Shown: positions 50,373 through 60,903 of the stretch, piece by piece
Position numbering within the stretch: the stretch's first letter is position 1
Layout: the number at the start of each line of letters is the position of its first letter
From: a virus
Strand: one strand, 5' to 3'
DNA length: 64,000 nucleotides
Virus record (IMG/VR): IMGVR_UViG_3300034072_000578
Location: 44,413-108,412 of that record
Program-made: the position numbers and the translations under genes
Notes under the pieces: generated by a model
The model's database searches: none
The model's input: the letters and a program-made list of their open reading frames with translations, nothing else
What the model was told of the DNA's origin: nothing

Positions 50373-50938
50373 TTAAAAACCATACTTGACTTAAAATATT
50401 TAATACCTGCGAAGCCTACCGCTACAGCATCCGCTAGGTGTTCGTTTTCGTTCTTAAGATATAGACCTTCCTTGGTCTTAATATCCATCTTATTAGAGCG
50501 CTTACTAGTAAGCCATCCCGCATCGGGGAACTTCTTATAGCCCCACTCGATCATATCTTCCTTGTCGGCGTGTTTAAAGCCTGTAGCGGCTTCCTTGACT
50601 TCTAAGGGATATACCGGGATGAATGGGATTGGAAGGCAAGCATACATGGCTGTAACCCCTCCAAAAGCGAACGCTGCTCTAGCGTCCTGCGCCCCGCTTG
50701 GGACTTCTCCGAAAGCAACTTCGCAGTTGAATTCTTCTATCGTATTTCGGAGACAAAGCCAATGGCTCTGAAAACGCGCTAGATCGTCATAGGACTTACG
50801 CATTTTCTTATCGGTCGTAGGGGTGGTTTTATTAAGGTGTAAATTGACAACCCCCGTAATCTTGGGGGTGTCAATATCTAAAGTAACTACAGCTAAACCT
50901 AAATTCTGTAAACTACCGTCTATACAAATTGCTTTCAT
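50369..50938 (-). CDS. RuvC-like Holliday junction resolvase
   Basis: IDGSL.N.G, E.P.G.Q, P.EVK...G...A.K..MI, EHLADA. Confidence 0.8.
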   Translation of the reverse strand: MKAICIDGSLQNLGLAVVTLDIDTPKITGVVNLHLNKTTPTTDKKMRKSYDDLARFQSHWLCLRNTIEEFNCEVAFGEVPSGAQDARAAFAFGGVTAMYACLPIPFIPVYPLEVKEAATGFKHADKEDMIEWGYKKFPDAGWLTSKRSNKMDIKTKEGLYLKNENEHLADAVAVGFAGIKYFKSSMVFK

Positions 50939-51477
50939 TAATAAATGCCGTAACTCTTCAATCTACTGTAAGCGCTTTCTCTTACTTCTTTCTTTTCCGC
51001 TTCTTCTAGGAATGTAGCGCTCTCATTTAGAACAGTTCCTAATGCGGGGTTATTTCGGATCATAGCTTGTAGCGCCTTGATCGAATTAACTTTGGCTTCC
51101 GCGAAGGCTTTGTTGAACTGTTCGTCAATAAGGACGCGGAAGTCTTGCCTTGTTTCCCCTTCGTCAGAAGGGGTATAGACTGTGATTAGTTCCGCATCAT
51201 CTACAAAGAAAATTTTATCTTTCGCCCCATAGACCGTAGTGAAACCGATCTTGGAGGTTCCTTTAACGACTGTAACGCCACTAACTGTAACTAGTTCGTC
51301 TTGTGCGAAGCTATAATGTGTCTTCGCATCAAGAGAGCTTTCAAAGGGAAGGTCTACAATAGCCCTGTCAGCACTATCGCTAACAAATTGTATCCCATCC
51401 CTAAATGCTTCGAATGCAGTTACTATCGCTTTTACATCAATATCTTTATCGATACTTTCTAGTAACTTAGGGTTCAT
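50938..51477 (-). CDS. hypothetical protein
   Basis: Coupled ORF. Confidence 0.6.
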   Translation of the reverse strand: MNPKLLESIDKDIDVKAIVTAFEAFRDGIQFVSDSADRAIVDLPFESSLDAKTHYSFAQDELVTVSGVTVVKGTSKIGFTTVYGAKDKIFFVDDAELITVYTPSDEGETRQDFRVLIDEQFNKAFAEAKVNSIKALQAMIRNNPALGTVLNESATFLEEAEKKEVRESAYSRLKSYGIY

Positions 51478-53290
51478 TTAAATATCCTGTGATAATACTG
51501 TCTCCATTCTCTTTATAAACTTTCGTATAGTTAGGAATCCAACTGCGAAGTTCGTTATGAGAGATAACAAGGATGGTTCCCTTGGAAGCAACCTTTTCGT
51601 GAAGTAGCGACATTAGCCGCTCTAGCCCGCTGCTGTCAAGTGCGTGGTCGATTTCATCCCCACACCATAACTTAATGTCTTTAGTAGCGCGGCTAGCAAT
51701 AAGGTCTTGTAGAGCAAAGAAGCAAGCGAGCTTTACCTTCCTCTTCTCACCGCCACTTAAGCTACCATAACCGTTAATGTTGTCACCCAACACTTCGATT
51801 GAGAACGCTTCCTTATATTCACCCGACTTAAGCTTAGCTACAGTTGACCACTTAGCAGTCAAAGTGCCATCCGTTAGTATCTTGAGATACTTGTTCGTGC
51901 TGTTGTTTAGGTTGGGCGTTACCGTTTCTAGGAAATGATAGCGTAGACCCTTAGGCGAAAGCGTTTCAGCCGTAGCTTTGGCAATCTCTAGGTTGTGCTT
52001 TTCGGTCATTAGATTAGAGTCGATGATGAAAGACAATTCCTCATACCGCTCTGTTTCCTTCGCTAAGCGCTCTAGAGCCTCAATATGAGGGTTTGGCTTA
52101 GTAACTGTCTTATCATGCTCTAGCGCGTCTCTACGGGCCTCTAAACGGGCAATTTGAGGGGCGATAGACTTGTTCTTGCGATCAAGCTGCTGTAGCTGGA
52201 TGAGCTTGTTGTTATTTTCGCTCATTTGTGCCTTAGCTAGTTCGTTCTCATTGAACTTTAGCTTAGCTTCACGATACGCTCTTTCCGCTCCGTCTCGTAT
52301 TCTTGTAAGCTCTCTGAGTAGGCTTTCTTTGTCGCCGATTCCTTGACCGCATTTATCACAAGTGACAAGGTGGTCGATATCGCGTAGCTCAGTAGTTGCT
52401 TTCCTAAGGTTCCGGCTAGCTTCTTCATATTCATGAGTGATCCTTCCTGATAGCGCGTGATCGAACGATTGGACTAGCTTGCTATACTTCTCAATAGCAG
52501 CATCGATCTTATCTTGCGGCTTAATAGATAGTTGTAGTGTTTCGATTTCGTCATTAAGCTGGCAGATATCATTTTCGATTTCATAAAGCATATCTTCCTG
52601 ATCCGTATCCCAACTATCTAGTCGTTCGCGGGTCCGGTAATATTCGGCTCTACTCATTTCCCACTTGACGCGGTTATCGGAAATGTCTTTTTCTAGGTCT
52701 GCTACTGTCTTAGCGATAGCATCACGCTCTTTACAAGCCTGCTGATATTCCGCGCTGATATCTTCGAACGGTAGGACGTTCTCTAGAAGCTCTTTAAGCT
52801 TCGTGTCGGTCATGCCGGGGATATCTGGTGCGTCGTCCTGTCTCGCCAGACAGGCAGCTTCGAAAGTGCCTTGATCCGCACCTAGGATTTCGTTAATCAC
52901 TAGCTGCGATTCCCTGTCGGTGCCTTTTGACAGGTCTACGCCTGTTTCATCGCGGATAACAACACTGTTTTTGTAAGTTTTGTGTTTGCGATAGCGACCT
53001 ACGGAATAGCGCTTATCAGTCTGCTCATCATACCAGATACAGATTACAGCGCAGTCTTTACCAGCCTTCTTGTTGACGACATGATCGACGCTCTTAAGCT
53101 TCTTTCCTGCGTCACCATAGTTACACCATAAAATGGCATTAATTAAGGTGGACTTGCCGGAACCGTTGCTGTCGGCTCCCATGCCGTCTAGGTTCACGCC
53201 TTCAATAGAAGAAAGGCCACGGTCCTTTAGTAGGACAGTAGCCTTAGCAATCGATTGAAAGTTTTCAATGATTAATTCTTCTAAGATCAT
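51467..53290 (-). CDS. SbcC/Rad50-like recombination ATPase
   Basis: NGSGKST Walker A, CDKC zinc hook, coiled coils, LSGGEK, DE, ISH. Confidence 0.93.
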   Translation of the reverse strand: MILEELIIENFQSIAKATVLLKDRGLSSIEGVNLDGMGADSNGSGKSTLINAILWCNYGDAGKKLKSVDHVVNKKAGKDCAVICIWYDEQTDKRYSVGRYRKHKTYKNSVVIRDETGVDLSKGTDRESQLVINEILGADQGTFEAACLARQDDAPDIPGMTDTKLKELLENVLPFEDISAEYQQACKERDAIAKTVADLEKDISDNRVKWEMSRAEYYRTRERLDSWDTDQEDMLYEIENDICQLNDEIETLQLSIKPQDKIDAAIEKYSKLVQSFDHALSGRITHEYEEASRNLRKATTELRDIDHLVTCDKCGQGIGDKESLLRELTRIRDGAERAYREAKLKFNENELAKAQMSENNNKLIQLQQLDRKNKSIAPQIARLEARRDALEHDKTVTKPNPHIEALERLAKETERYEELSFIIDSNLMTEKHNLEIAKATAETLSPKGLRYHFLETVTPNLNNSTNKYLKILTDGTLTAKWSTVAKLKSGEYKEAFSIEVLGDNINGYGSLSGGEKRKVKLACFFALQDLIASRATKDIKLWCGDEIDHALDSSGLERLMSLLHEKVASKGTILVISHNELRSWIPNYTKVYKENGDSIITGYLNEP

Positions 53291-53565
53291 TATCTTTGAT
53301 CTACTTTCTTTACATAGTCTGGAATTCTGATAGCGATGTAAATTAGGTCATTGCCTAGCTTCTCTACCGCTTCTGCATCTGCCGGGTTTAGTAGAATATT
53401 ACCTAGCCGCACCATGATACCATTGGGGCCGAAATATTCCATATTGGTGATAACCTGATGAGCAATCGCCCGTCTTAGTTCTTCACCGATCACCGGTAGG
53501 GCGTCTTTAAAACGCCCTTGTTTGACTAAGCTACCGGCAAGCTCGTCTATCTTAAACATTGTCAA
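53290..53565 (-). CDS. hypothetical protein
   Basis: Coupled ORF between the nuclease subunits. Confidence 0.55.
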   Translation of the reverse strand: MTMFKIDELAGSLVKQGRFKDALPVIGEELRRAIAHQVITNMEYFGPNGIMVRLGNILLNPADAEAVEKLGNDLIYIAIRIPDYVKKVDQR

Positions 53566-54559
53566 GTCGGATTCTCCTGCAATTTGCTAGGACAGCTTCA
53601 TAATTGTCGCCATATTTAAGCTTGGTATAGCTTTCTAGCGCATGATCGAAACTAAGGTCAACCCTTACCGCTGTAGTGGAGTGAGAGGTTTCTTTAAGCG
53701 TTGGTCTAGTGCTTAAATCTTGAACGTATAAAGCCCCTTCCTTTTGAAGGCTTTCTTTAATTTCCTCCGCTTCTTGTTCCGTATACTCGCCTTGGATACG
53801 AACAATGTTACCAGCGATATGTAGAGAAGAATGATTGACGAACTTAGGCGCTTTAGTTTCAACCTGAGTTACCTTATCTTCTTCCACAATGAGGTAGCCT
53901 GCTCTAGAACCAACATCACCGAAACCGTGATGTGTAAGCGCGCCCACTGAATATATCCCATTTCCAAGGGCTTTGTGGTTATGATAGTCGCCAGAAAAAA
54001 CATATTTAAAACCTTTATCTAATACCGCTTTACCTACCTTTCCCGCCACCTGATCTAGGACGCCATCAATACCGATATGGCAGAACACAACCTTATCGGC
54101 GGGGTCTACGATATCATTGATGATTCGGGTAAAATCGTCTTTATGTTCGATCCATGGGATGAAGATGAAGTTATCCACTTGGGATACTTCATCGAATATC
54201 CTAAAGAACGGGATTGCTTCGAACGGATGAATCGCGTTACCAATTGTATCACTTTCTTTCCCTTCTAAATCATGGTTGCCCGGTAAGCACCATACGTTAA
54301 TGCCCGACCTACAAATGGTCTGGAAAGCGTCATAGACCGGGTTGTAGACGCTTGGCTTGATCTTGCCGCGAGTATGGAACAAGTCACCGGTAATGATTAG
54401 GTCTTTACCGCCTAATCTACGCAAGTGACCTACTGCCTCCCATACCGCTTCTATTGTTTCATATAAACGACTGTTGACCTTATCCTCTCTGATGTAGGAA
54501 AACTGGCTCCAGTCGTTCATATGAACGTCACTAATAATTGCGAATGGATACTGGATCAA
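53552..54559 (-). CDS. SbcD/Mre11-like metallophosphoesterase nuclease
   Basis: SDVH, GDLFH, PGNHD, GDYH. Confidence 0.92.
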   Translation of the reverse strand: MIQYPFAIISDVHMNDWSQFSYIREDKVNSRLYETIEAVWEAVGHLRRLGGKDLIITGDLFHTRGKIKPSVYNPVYDAFQTICRSGINVWCLPGNHDLEGKESDTIGNAIHPFEAIPFFRIFDEVSQVDNFIFIPWIEHKDDFTRIINDIVDPADKVVFCHIGIDGVLDQVAGKVGKAVLDKGFKYVFSGDYHNHKALGNGIYSVGALTHHGFGDVGSRAGYLIVEEDKVTQVETKAPKFVNHSSLHIAGNIVRIQGEYTEQEAEEIKESLQKEGALYVQDLSTRPTLKETSHSTTAVRVDLSFDHALESYTKLKYGDNYEAVLANCRRIRLDNV

Positions 54560-54789
54560 AGGGACTCAACCTCATCCGCGTTAGGGCTTGGTTCTGGGAT
54601 CGGTCGAACGTCGGTAACGTCAATCTCTTCCCATGATAGAACTGCGTAGCAACAGCCGTCAAAGATTTCGTCGGGCATATGCTCTTCGATTATTGCTAGC
54701 TGTTCTCCCCAATTTTCAGGGGCGCGTTCATATAGACCGATCACCCCATCATCACCGCTTTCTGTATTATATGTAATTAACACCGCCAT
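54556..54789 (-). CDS. hypothetical acidic protein
   Basis: Coupled ORF. Confidence 0.55.
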   Translation of the reverse strand: MAVLITYNTESGDDGVIGLYERAPENWGEQLAIIEEHMPDEIFDGCCYAVLSWEEIDVTDVRPIPEPSPNADEVESL

Positions 54790-55931
54790 ACTGGTAAGCT
54801 CAATTCCTCGAATAAGTTTTCTAAATCTGCTTCCTTATTGTAACGACGCTTTACAGCGTTCTTTAGCTCTTGGAAGCCGTCACCGCTCTTACGGGTAGCG
54901 AATAGAAGTCGCTGCGTTGCTGCGGGATAATGGTCTTGGATATGAAGGGCGAATTCCTTCTGTTCCATGTCTTTAGTTAAAGACAGGATATGACGCAACC
55001 CTTCATGGATCGAACTTAATCGAGTTAGTAGGCCCGCTCTATAATCCTCTAGTGCCTCTTGTAGTGCTGGCTCTACTTGCGGGATTACATCGTCCATCGT
55101 TTCATCGATTACTAGCTGGACTACTCCCTTGAAGCTCTCCGTGATTTCCTTGGATTTGTGCTTAAGGACGTAGATAGCTGACTTCATTTTAACCATTGCG
55201 CCAGTGTCGAAACGGACAATCGCCCCTTCCTTCTCATCGTCATGGCGAATAAGCTCTGCAAGGCCGTCTACAGGGGCGTTCCAAGCCGAATAGGACTGGA
55301 CCACCGGAAGATCATAGCGGCCCGCTAGAGCGGCCATAATGCCCATAGTCGTATATTCGCCAGTGTGGATATCGCGGATACCGGTCATGATAAGCTGTTC
55401 CTCTGCATATGGGATAACGATGCGGTTGTTTGGACCAACATACTCAAAAATGAAAGTCTTAGTAGGGTTGTCAAATACAAGCTCTGCTAACTTATGACCT
55501 AAGCCATTTCCATCAGGGGTCATCCTATCTACAAATGCTTCTGCCTGTAGTGCCTGCGGACTTAACCCCATTCGGGTCATTAACCGTAATTGACCCGATT
55601 CAGGGTCAACGCAAGTATGCACCATGCTACCATCTAGCTTATCTAGAATGACATGGGGATTGTTAAGATCAACATCAGCAGTGAAGTAACCAGCGCACTC
55701 GCCCAGATTGTGAAACTTATGGTAGGGTCGGGCAATGACATTCCCGGTTCTAGCGCAGAACTTAAAACCACGGCATTCCCTACTAAAATCATTAGTAAAA
55801 GTATCGCGGTGCATATAAACATAGTCGATTACCTTATACCACCCCTTATCAACTACGATAAAAGCGGGGTTGCCTTCGATATGAGGTAAGACTTCTTCAA
55901 TGTTGTTGATTAGGGGTGGATTGAACTTCAT
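54777..55931 (-). CDS. RNA ligase 1 (T4 Rnl1-like)
   Basis: ECRG..F, RPYHKFHN, KLDGS, FEY..P.NRIV..Y, EG...VK.K..Y. Confidence 0.92.
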   Translation of the reverse strand: MKFNPPLINNIEEVLPHIEGNPAFIVVDKGWYKVIDYVYMHRDTFTNDFSRECRGFKFCARTGNVIARPYHKFHNLGECAGYFTADVDLNNPHVILDKLDGSMVHTCVDPESGQLRLMTRMGLSPQALQAEAFVDRMTPDGNGLGHKLAELVFDNPTKTFIFEYVGPNNRIVIPYAEEQLIMTGIRDIHTGEYTTMGIMAALAGRYDLPVVQSYSAWNAPVDGLAELIRHDDEKEGAIVRFDTGAMVKMKSAIYVLKHKSKEITESFKGVVQLVIDETMDDVIPQVEPALQEALEDYRAGLLTRLSSIHEGLRHILSLTKDMEQKEFALHIQDHYPAATQRLLFATRKSGDGFQELKNAVKRRYNKEADLENLFEELSLPVWRC

Positions 55932-56233
55932 AATACTTTATCTAACTCCGCGCTAGTTACATTCTTCATGGGTCGGCAAGAGAAAAAGTCGCCATGAGAA
56001 GGGTTGTCTTTGATGAATTTCCGCGAATAAATTGAGATATAGTCGTTGGGAACCTTGTAGGTATCCGTCTTAGTGATTGAAATAAGACTCTCCCAACGAA
56101 TTCTATTAGCGATCAGCCATGGAGAAAGCTTCTTATGCCCAGCTTCTATCGCCTCGTAAGCGTATCTGCTAAACATCACATAGAAATCGGGGTTTTTAGC
56201 GTGATACTTCGACCACTTTTCAATTAATCTCAC
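55928..56233 (-). CDS. hypothetical protein
   Basis: YH..NP..Y..F...RIRWE...N.Y...Y.R. Confidence 0.6.
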   Translation of the reverse strand: MRLIEKWSKYHAKNPDFYVMFSRYAYEAIEAGHKKLSPWLIANRIRWESLISITKTDTYKVPNDYISIYSRKFIKDNPSHGDFFSCRPMKNVTSAELDKVL

Positions 56234-56772
56234 TTGAATTCCTCCGTTACATTCTTGATTTCGCCGGGGACTAGGAAGACTTCGAACTTCTCAAAGACCC
56301 GCCAGTAGTCCCCATCGCACCACTTACCTACTAAGTCATAGAGGACATCGTTGAAGAAGTCCCTAAAGTCTTTGTAAGAAACTGGAGCCTTGCCCCATTT
56401 TGGGTTGTCATATTCGTAATACTCTGGGACCGAACCATATTCGGCCTTATGGGCATCAATTACTTCCTTAGCACGTAGAGGAAGCATCATGTCATCCCTA
56501 CGGCGGTATCGTTCGCCGCTACGGTCTGGATAGGGGCCTTCAATAGGGAAGTCCTCGATATCCCAAGTGCGGAAGACATCTGAGTTGCCGAACGCATAAT
56601 TTTCTTTTGCATCACGATTGTTGCAGCTTATGAATAGCTTAGCGACCTTGATGTAGAAGATAGTATCTTCCTTAGTTAAACCGGTCTTGGTAAGCGTATT
56701 GTAATTATCGGCATCATTCTCCCAAGTAGTAATCTTGAGCATGTAGCCGGGTTCAATATTAGCCATCTTCAT
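56230..56772 (-). CDS. hypothetical protein
   Basis: GY...ITTWENDADNY motif. Confidence 0.65.
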   Translation of the reverse strand: MKMANIEPGYMLKITTWENDADNYNTLTKTGLTKEDTIFYIKVAKLFISCNNRDAKENYAFGNSDVFRTWDIEDFPIEGPYPDRSGERYRRRDDMMLPLRAKEVIDAHKAEYGSVPEYYEYDNPKWGKAPVSYKDFRDFFNDVLYDLVGKWCDGDYWRVFEKFEVFLVPGEIKNVTEEFK

Positions 56773-57080
56773 CCTTCGTATAATCGATTTTTGAACTGCC
56801 AGATTTCGTTACCGAAAATGCCAGTCATTAGTGCTTCATAGGCGTAGTGGTTATTGTCACTGTCCCACCATAGATAACCTTTATTCTGGTCGATCCATGC
56901 TGGCTCGCTGGTGAACATGTCGATCAAGCCTTCTGCAAGCTGATCGAAGATCAACACTTTCTCGATGTCCTTCTTAAGATAGACACTTTCTAGGTGCGGT
57001 TTAATTGCTTCGCAGAACTGACGGGAATTAATCTTCCCGTCTTTATAGTCCTGCCTAATATCCATTAGGTGATTATACAT
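56769..57080 (-). CDS. hypothetical protein
   Basis: Coupled ORF. Confidence 0.55.
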   Translation of the reverse strand: MYNHLMDIRQDYKDGKINSRQFCEAIKPHLESVYLKKDIEKVLIFDQLAEGLIDMFTSEPAWIDQNKGYLWWDSDNNHYAYEALMTGIFGNEIWQFKNRLYEG

Positions 57081-58486
57081 TAAGCTCTTACTAGCTCCCT
57101 GATTTGTTCCATGGTCTGCTCTCTTGCTAGAACGCCACGCATACGCTGTTTGTCGTAATAATAGACCGTTTCTAGCAGCCTAGTAGGATAGGTAGTTGCT
57201 AGGGTCCAATCTACGGTATGGACTTCGCCATCCTTACCAATTACGGTTTCTAGTTTACCGGCCTTTGACTTCTTGCCCGGATCGGTGATGGGGTCTTTGC
57301 GGATCGGAACCCAGCCATTGCTCTGGACAACGGCAGACGCCTTGAAAGCCCACTTCATGGTATCGCGGTTAACCTTCTGCATTAGACCGCCACCTGATCC
57401 TACGATAAGATTCTCTACCCCGTAACCAAGCCTAGGCATGATCGTAAGCACTTCTAGATAGTTGCTTTCATCGATACCATCACCCCAAAGTAGCTTTAGG
57501 TTATCGAAAACCCATAGCCCCTTATCATTCTTGTGACGGGGGAAGCCTTTCTCTAGAATGGAAATCATCTTAGGAATGACTTCGGTTGGTTCGCCGCTAT
57601 CTGGACGAATTACTAGGCTGACATTCTTCTCTTTCACTCGATCAGCGAGCTTATTCCAATAAGAACAAGCACGATAAATATCCCAAGCATCCGAGACAAC
57701 AGAAAGAACCGAACCATCGGGCGTTTCTTCAAGGATTTTACCAAAGCTTTCTTCTTCCCTTAGTTCCGACCAGCTACACATGACACTGTGTTCGGTTGCC
57801 GCTACTGAATAACCTGTTACCTGACCGCCATAATAATCATAGACGTAAGCGACACCAGCGACAGTATCAGTGCCAAGGAAGCTAGTGAGAAAGCCAGCAG
57901 TCCCGATTTCGCTTGCATCCTGCGATTCAACCCCGCGAGCGCTAAAATCAAGGAAAGAAAAATCTGCGTTAGCGCTACTATCAGCATAGCGAGCGTATAG
58001 AGCATCAATGTTCTTCCTGATCTGATAGACGCGGCTAGCAATCGTGGTAGGGAACCAGACAGCACGTAGAAGGGCGGTTTCGACATAACCTACTAAGCTG
58101 TATAGCCGCTTGTCAGTGCATTCCACCGTTACTACGGCATTCTTGTAAGGAAGCTTAAGCCCTTCCTTGACCGCTTTAATTGTTACTGGAATATAGCCAT
58201 AATATTCATCAACAACAATGTCCCAAGCAGAGCGATCAAACTTGATGCCCATAGCTGAAATGATGAAGTCGGCATAGTCAACGTCCTCTTTAGTAACTGG
58301 AGTTAGTAACTTTTCCTTGATGAAACCCTGTAGTCCAAAAAGGACTACAGTTTCATAGATGCCACCACGACTTTCAGCATAGGAAAAGATGCCGGTAACG
58401 TCGGGCGCATACATACGGGGCTGAGTGGTCTTGTAATAGTCGGTGTCAATAACACGCGACTTACGTAAAGCGGGCTTAATTACCAT
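57080..58486 (-). CDS. nadV: nicotinamide phosphoribosyltransferase
   Basis: DTD.YK, FGLQ, DF.ARG, SV.ATEHS, IRPDSG, GDG, GSGGGL, KDPITDPGKKSK.G. Confidence 0.95.
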   Translation of the reverse strand: MVIKPALRKSRVIDTDYYKTTQPRMYAPDVTGIFSYAESRGGIYETVVLFGLQGFIKEKLLTPVTKEDVDYADFIISAMGIKFDRSAWDIVVDEYYGYIPVTIKAVKEGLKLPYKNAVVTVECTDKRLYSLVGYVETALLRAVWFPTTIASRVYQIRKNIDALYARYADSSANADFSFLDFSARGVESQDASEIGTAGFLTSFLGTDTVAGVAYVYDYYGGQVTGYSVAATEHSVMCSWSELREEESFGKILEETPDGSVLSVVSDAWDIYRACSYWNKLADRVKEKNVSLVIRPDSGEPTEVIPKMISILEKGFPRHKNDKGLWVFDNLKLLWGDGIDESNYLEVLTIMPRLGYGVENLIVGSGGGLMQKVNRDTMKWAFKASAVVQSNGWVPIRKDPITDPGKKSKAGKLETVIGKDGEVHTVDWTLATTYPTRLLETVYYYDKQRMRGVLAREQTMEQIRELVRA

Positions 58487-58587
58487 CTTTAATCCTTATT
58501 TGCTTTTAACAGCGTCGGCTAACTTATTGATAGCTTCTGCGATGGCTAGAAGCGCTCTTGCGAGTTGGTCTACTTTAAAACCTTCCA

Positions 58588-59748
58588 TTAGTGTAACAGT
58601 CCTTCGGCTTCTGGTAGGTTTTCTACCATTGGTAGGATTTTAGCGATGATTGCGTAATGATCGCTAAAGAACAGTTTCTTGTTCTTGGCGATAAGATCAA
58701 TCGGCATCCAGAAAGCTTCGGTCAGGTCATCACCCGCCTTTACCTCTGGCGCTTCGTAGTCGTAGACGTTCCAGTGATGGACATGGGTTATCATGCGGCC
58801 ACGCATCGAACGGTTCGGAGCATCGAATACATACACCTTATCAAGGATGAAACGATCATCAACCTTTAGTGACGTTTCTTCTAGTAGCTCTCTTTTGGCG
58901 CTTTCTAGTAGGGTTTCTTCGACTTCTAGATAACCACCGGGAATTGCTAGTTTGCCTGCGCCTGCTGGACCTTTACGAACACCCACTAGGATATGGGGCC
59001 GCTTCCAACGGTCTTTCCAGACGCAAAGAGCATCTACAGCGACGAAATGAGGCGGGAAAGGTGCGACTTCCCACGACTTCTTATATTCGTCAATGAACTT
59101 CTTTTCTTTTGCTAGCTCTTCATATTCTGGAGTAGCGCGGAACTCAACGAGTCGCTTGAAGGTTGAAGTGGGGACACCAGTTACCCCGATCATTGGACCG
59201 GTGAAGAATTGATTACGGATTTCGGTAGCGTCGATATTCCATACAGCTTTGTGTAGGATTTTATCGTAGCGGACGCCGTTGATATATTCCTTGGTGGATT
59301 TGTCCTTATCGTAGGTATAGTAATAAGGCTTACTACCTACTTCGGCTTGACTCCAAGGGAAGTTCTTAACGATGGTCTTGCCTAATTCAGAATACCACTT
59401 ACCGTCCCGGTAAGTATAGTCTGCTAAACCGTCAATGATGATGCGGCCATTAGCGATATCTTCTGCGAACCAATCTTCGATCATTTGCTTGCGCTGTTCG
59501 TAGGTGAAGGGGTTCTTTAGCGACTGGCCTTCATCTGCGCTGCCAATGATGATGAGAACATTCTCCGCAACCTTTAGAGCGCCCTCGATCATGTCGATAT
59601 GGCCCAAATGGAGGGGCTGGAAGCGTCCTAGGAGGAAGGCCCGCTTATACAGATACTTGGGGGGTGCCCAAGTCGCTACGGAAGCTACAGCGCCCCAACC
59701 GAATGGCTGGGGCGTTGCTGCGATCTTGGGTAGATCAATCATGGTCAT
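58588..59748 (-). CDS. bifunctional NMN adenylyltransferase / Nudix ADP-ribose pyrophosphatase (NadM-Nudix, NatV-like)
   Basis: GRFQPLHLGH, NPFT..R, Nudix box PGG....ET....A.RELLEET, AGDD. Confidence 0.94.
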   Translation of the reverse strand: MTMIDLPKIAATPQPFGWGAVASVATWAPPKYLYKRAFLLGRFQPLHLGHIDMIEGALKVAENVLIIIGSADEGQSLKNPFTYEQRKQMIEDWFAEDIANGRIIIDGLADYTYRDGKWYSELGKTIVKNFPWSQAEVGSKPYYYTYDKDKSTKEYINGVRYDKILHKAVWNIDATEIRNQFFTGPMIGVTGVPTSTFKRLVEFRATPEYEELAKEKKFIDEYKKSWEVAPFPPHFVAVDALCVWKDRWKRPHILVGVRKGPAGAGKLAIPGGYLEVEETLLESAKRELLEETSLKVDDRFILDKVYVFDAPNRSMRGRMITHVHHWNVYDYEAPEVKAGDDLTEAFWMPIDLIAKNKKLFFSDHYAIIAKILPMVENLPEAEGLLH

Positions 59749-60448
59749 ATTCTCTTACTTCCACTCCATCTAGAGTAATAACAACTTTAATGTGGTCGCC
59801 GAAAAGCTGCAAAATAATGTCGTCAGGAATGCGACTAAAGAGTTTCCGAATTTCGCTGAAATCCCGATCCCGTTCGGCCCGTGCCTGTAGCTCTTCTAGA
59901 GACAGGTCCATAACATCGGCATGTTTCGAAAGAAACCACTTCTCATAGCTCTGCTCGCCGAACTTAGTAACATGCTTTCTTAACCCATAATCATACCCCT
60001 GATACGAAACCTGATTATGCCAGTTGTCGTAGGCATCCGTGCCTTCTTTAGGGAGGACGCCAGTTGCTTTATACGCTGCTACATCAGCTAGGGTGCCGTA
60101 ATAGCTGCCGTAGGTTGACTCTTCCGATTCAAAGTAATCTTCCTGTAGGTCTTCTAGGTCTACGCCATTCTCATCCGCTTCTTCCTGCGTTGCTCTAGGA
60201 ATGAGCCAAAGGTCATGGACGTTGTATTCGCAAGGTTCGCCGTCATTAAAATAAGGCGTATAAGCTGAGAAGATAAAGCCGTAAGCATCCTTATGCTTGG
60301 TTAGGAAAGGCTTGAAGATATCCGCGAAAGCTGGTTCTAGCTTTGCTACTAGCTCTTTACGCTTCTCTTCAAATGAAGACATAAGAGCTTCTACTTCTTT
60401 TAGAATGCCGTCTGCTTGATTTAATACTGTGTCTACTTTGTCTGTCAT
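59735..60448 (-). CDS. hypothetical protein
   Basis: YTPYFNDGEPC and FGDH..V........EYDHD motifs. Confidence 0.7.
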   Translation of the reverse strand: MTDKVDTVLNQADGILKEVEALMSSFEEKRKELVAKLEPAFADIFKPFLTKHKDAYGFIFSAYTPYFNDGEPCEYNVHDLWLIPRATQEEADENGVDLEDLQEDYFESEESTYGSYYGTLADVAAYKATGVLPKEGTDAYDNWHNQVSYQGYDYGLRKHVTKFGEQSYEKWFLSKHADVMDLSLEELQARAERDRDFSEIRKLFSRIPDDIILQLFGDHIKVVITLDGVEVREYDHD

Positions 60449-60903
60449 TAATCACCTGTTACTTTTAAAGATTTTTTGTATTCACTAACCGCGCAATACT
60501 CTTCCACTTCTTTAGTGGCTTCTTGCGACTTTACTATCTGGTAGTGAGGGATTTTAGGGAAGTGCGGGATAACTTTGGTCTTTTTAACCGTTCCGCTCAT
60601 CCACTTACGGATAGGAAGTTCCCCAAGCCAATGTTCGACTGTGGGGATAAATCCTAGATCATCTATAATATGTTCTTCCGCCAAGATTCTGGTAGGAATT
60701 TGCTTACCAGCACTGTTAGTAATCGTATGACCAAATACACGCTCACAAAGAAAAATACCAAAGGTAGAATGTAAAATAGCACGATGACGAACATCGCCAA
60801 GAGACTGCTTAGAAGAGTCAATAAAGTCATATATCTCGTAATAATCCTCAGGAATACCACCATGTTTCTTGGCGGCGATTACAGCATGGTAATGTGTGTT
60901 CAT
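60448..60903 (-). CDS. DUF6915-like protein
   Basis: HA...AKK.GG..EDY....F.DSSK....D.RHRA..H..FG...E.H...DLG.IPT. Confidence 0.75.
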   Translation of the reverse strand: MNTHYHAVIAAKKHGGIPEDYYEIYDFIDSSKQSLGDVRHRAILHSTFGIFLCERVFGHTITNSAGKQIPTRILAEEHIIDDLGFIPTVEHWLGELPIRKWMSGTVKKTKVIPHFPKIPHYQIVKSQEATKEVEEYCAVSEYKKSLKVTGD

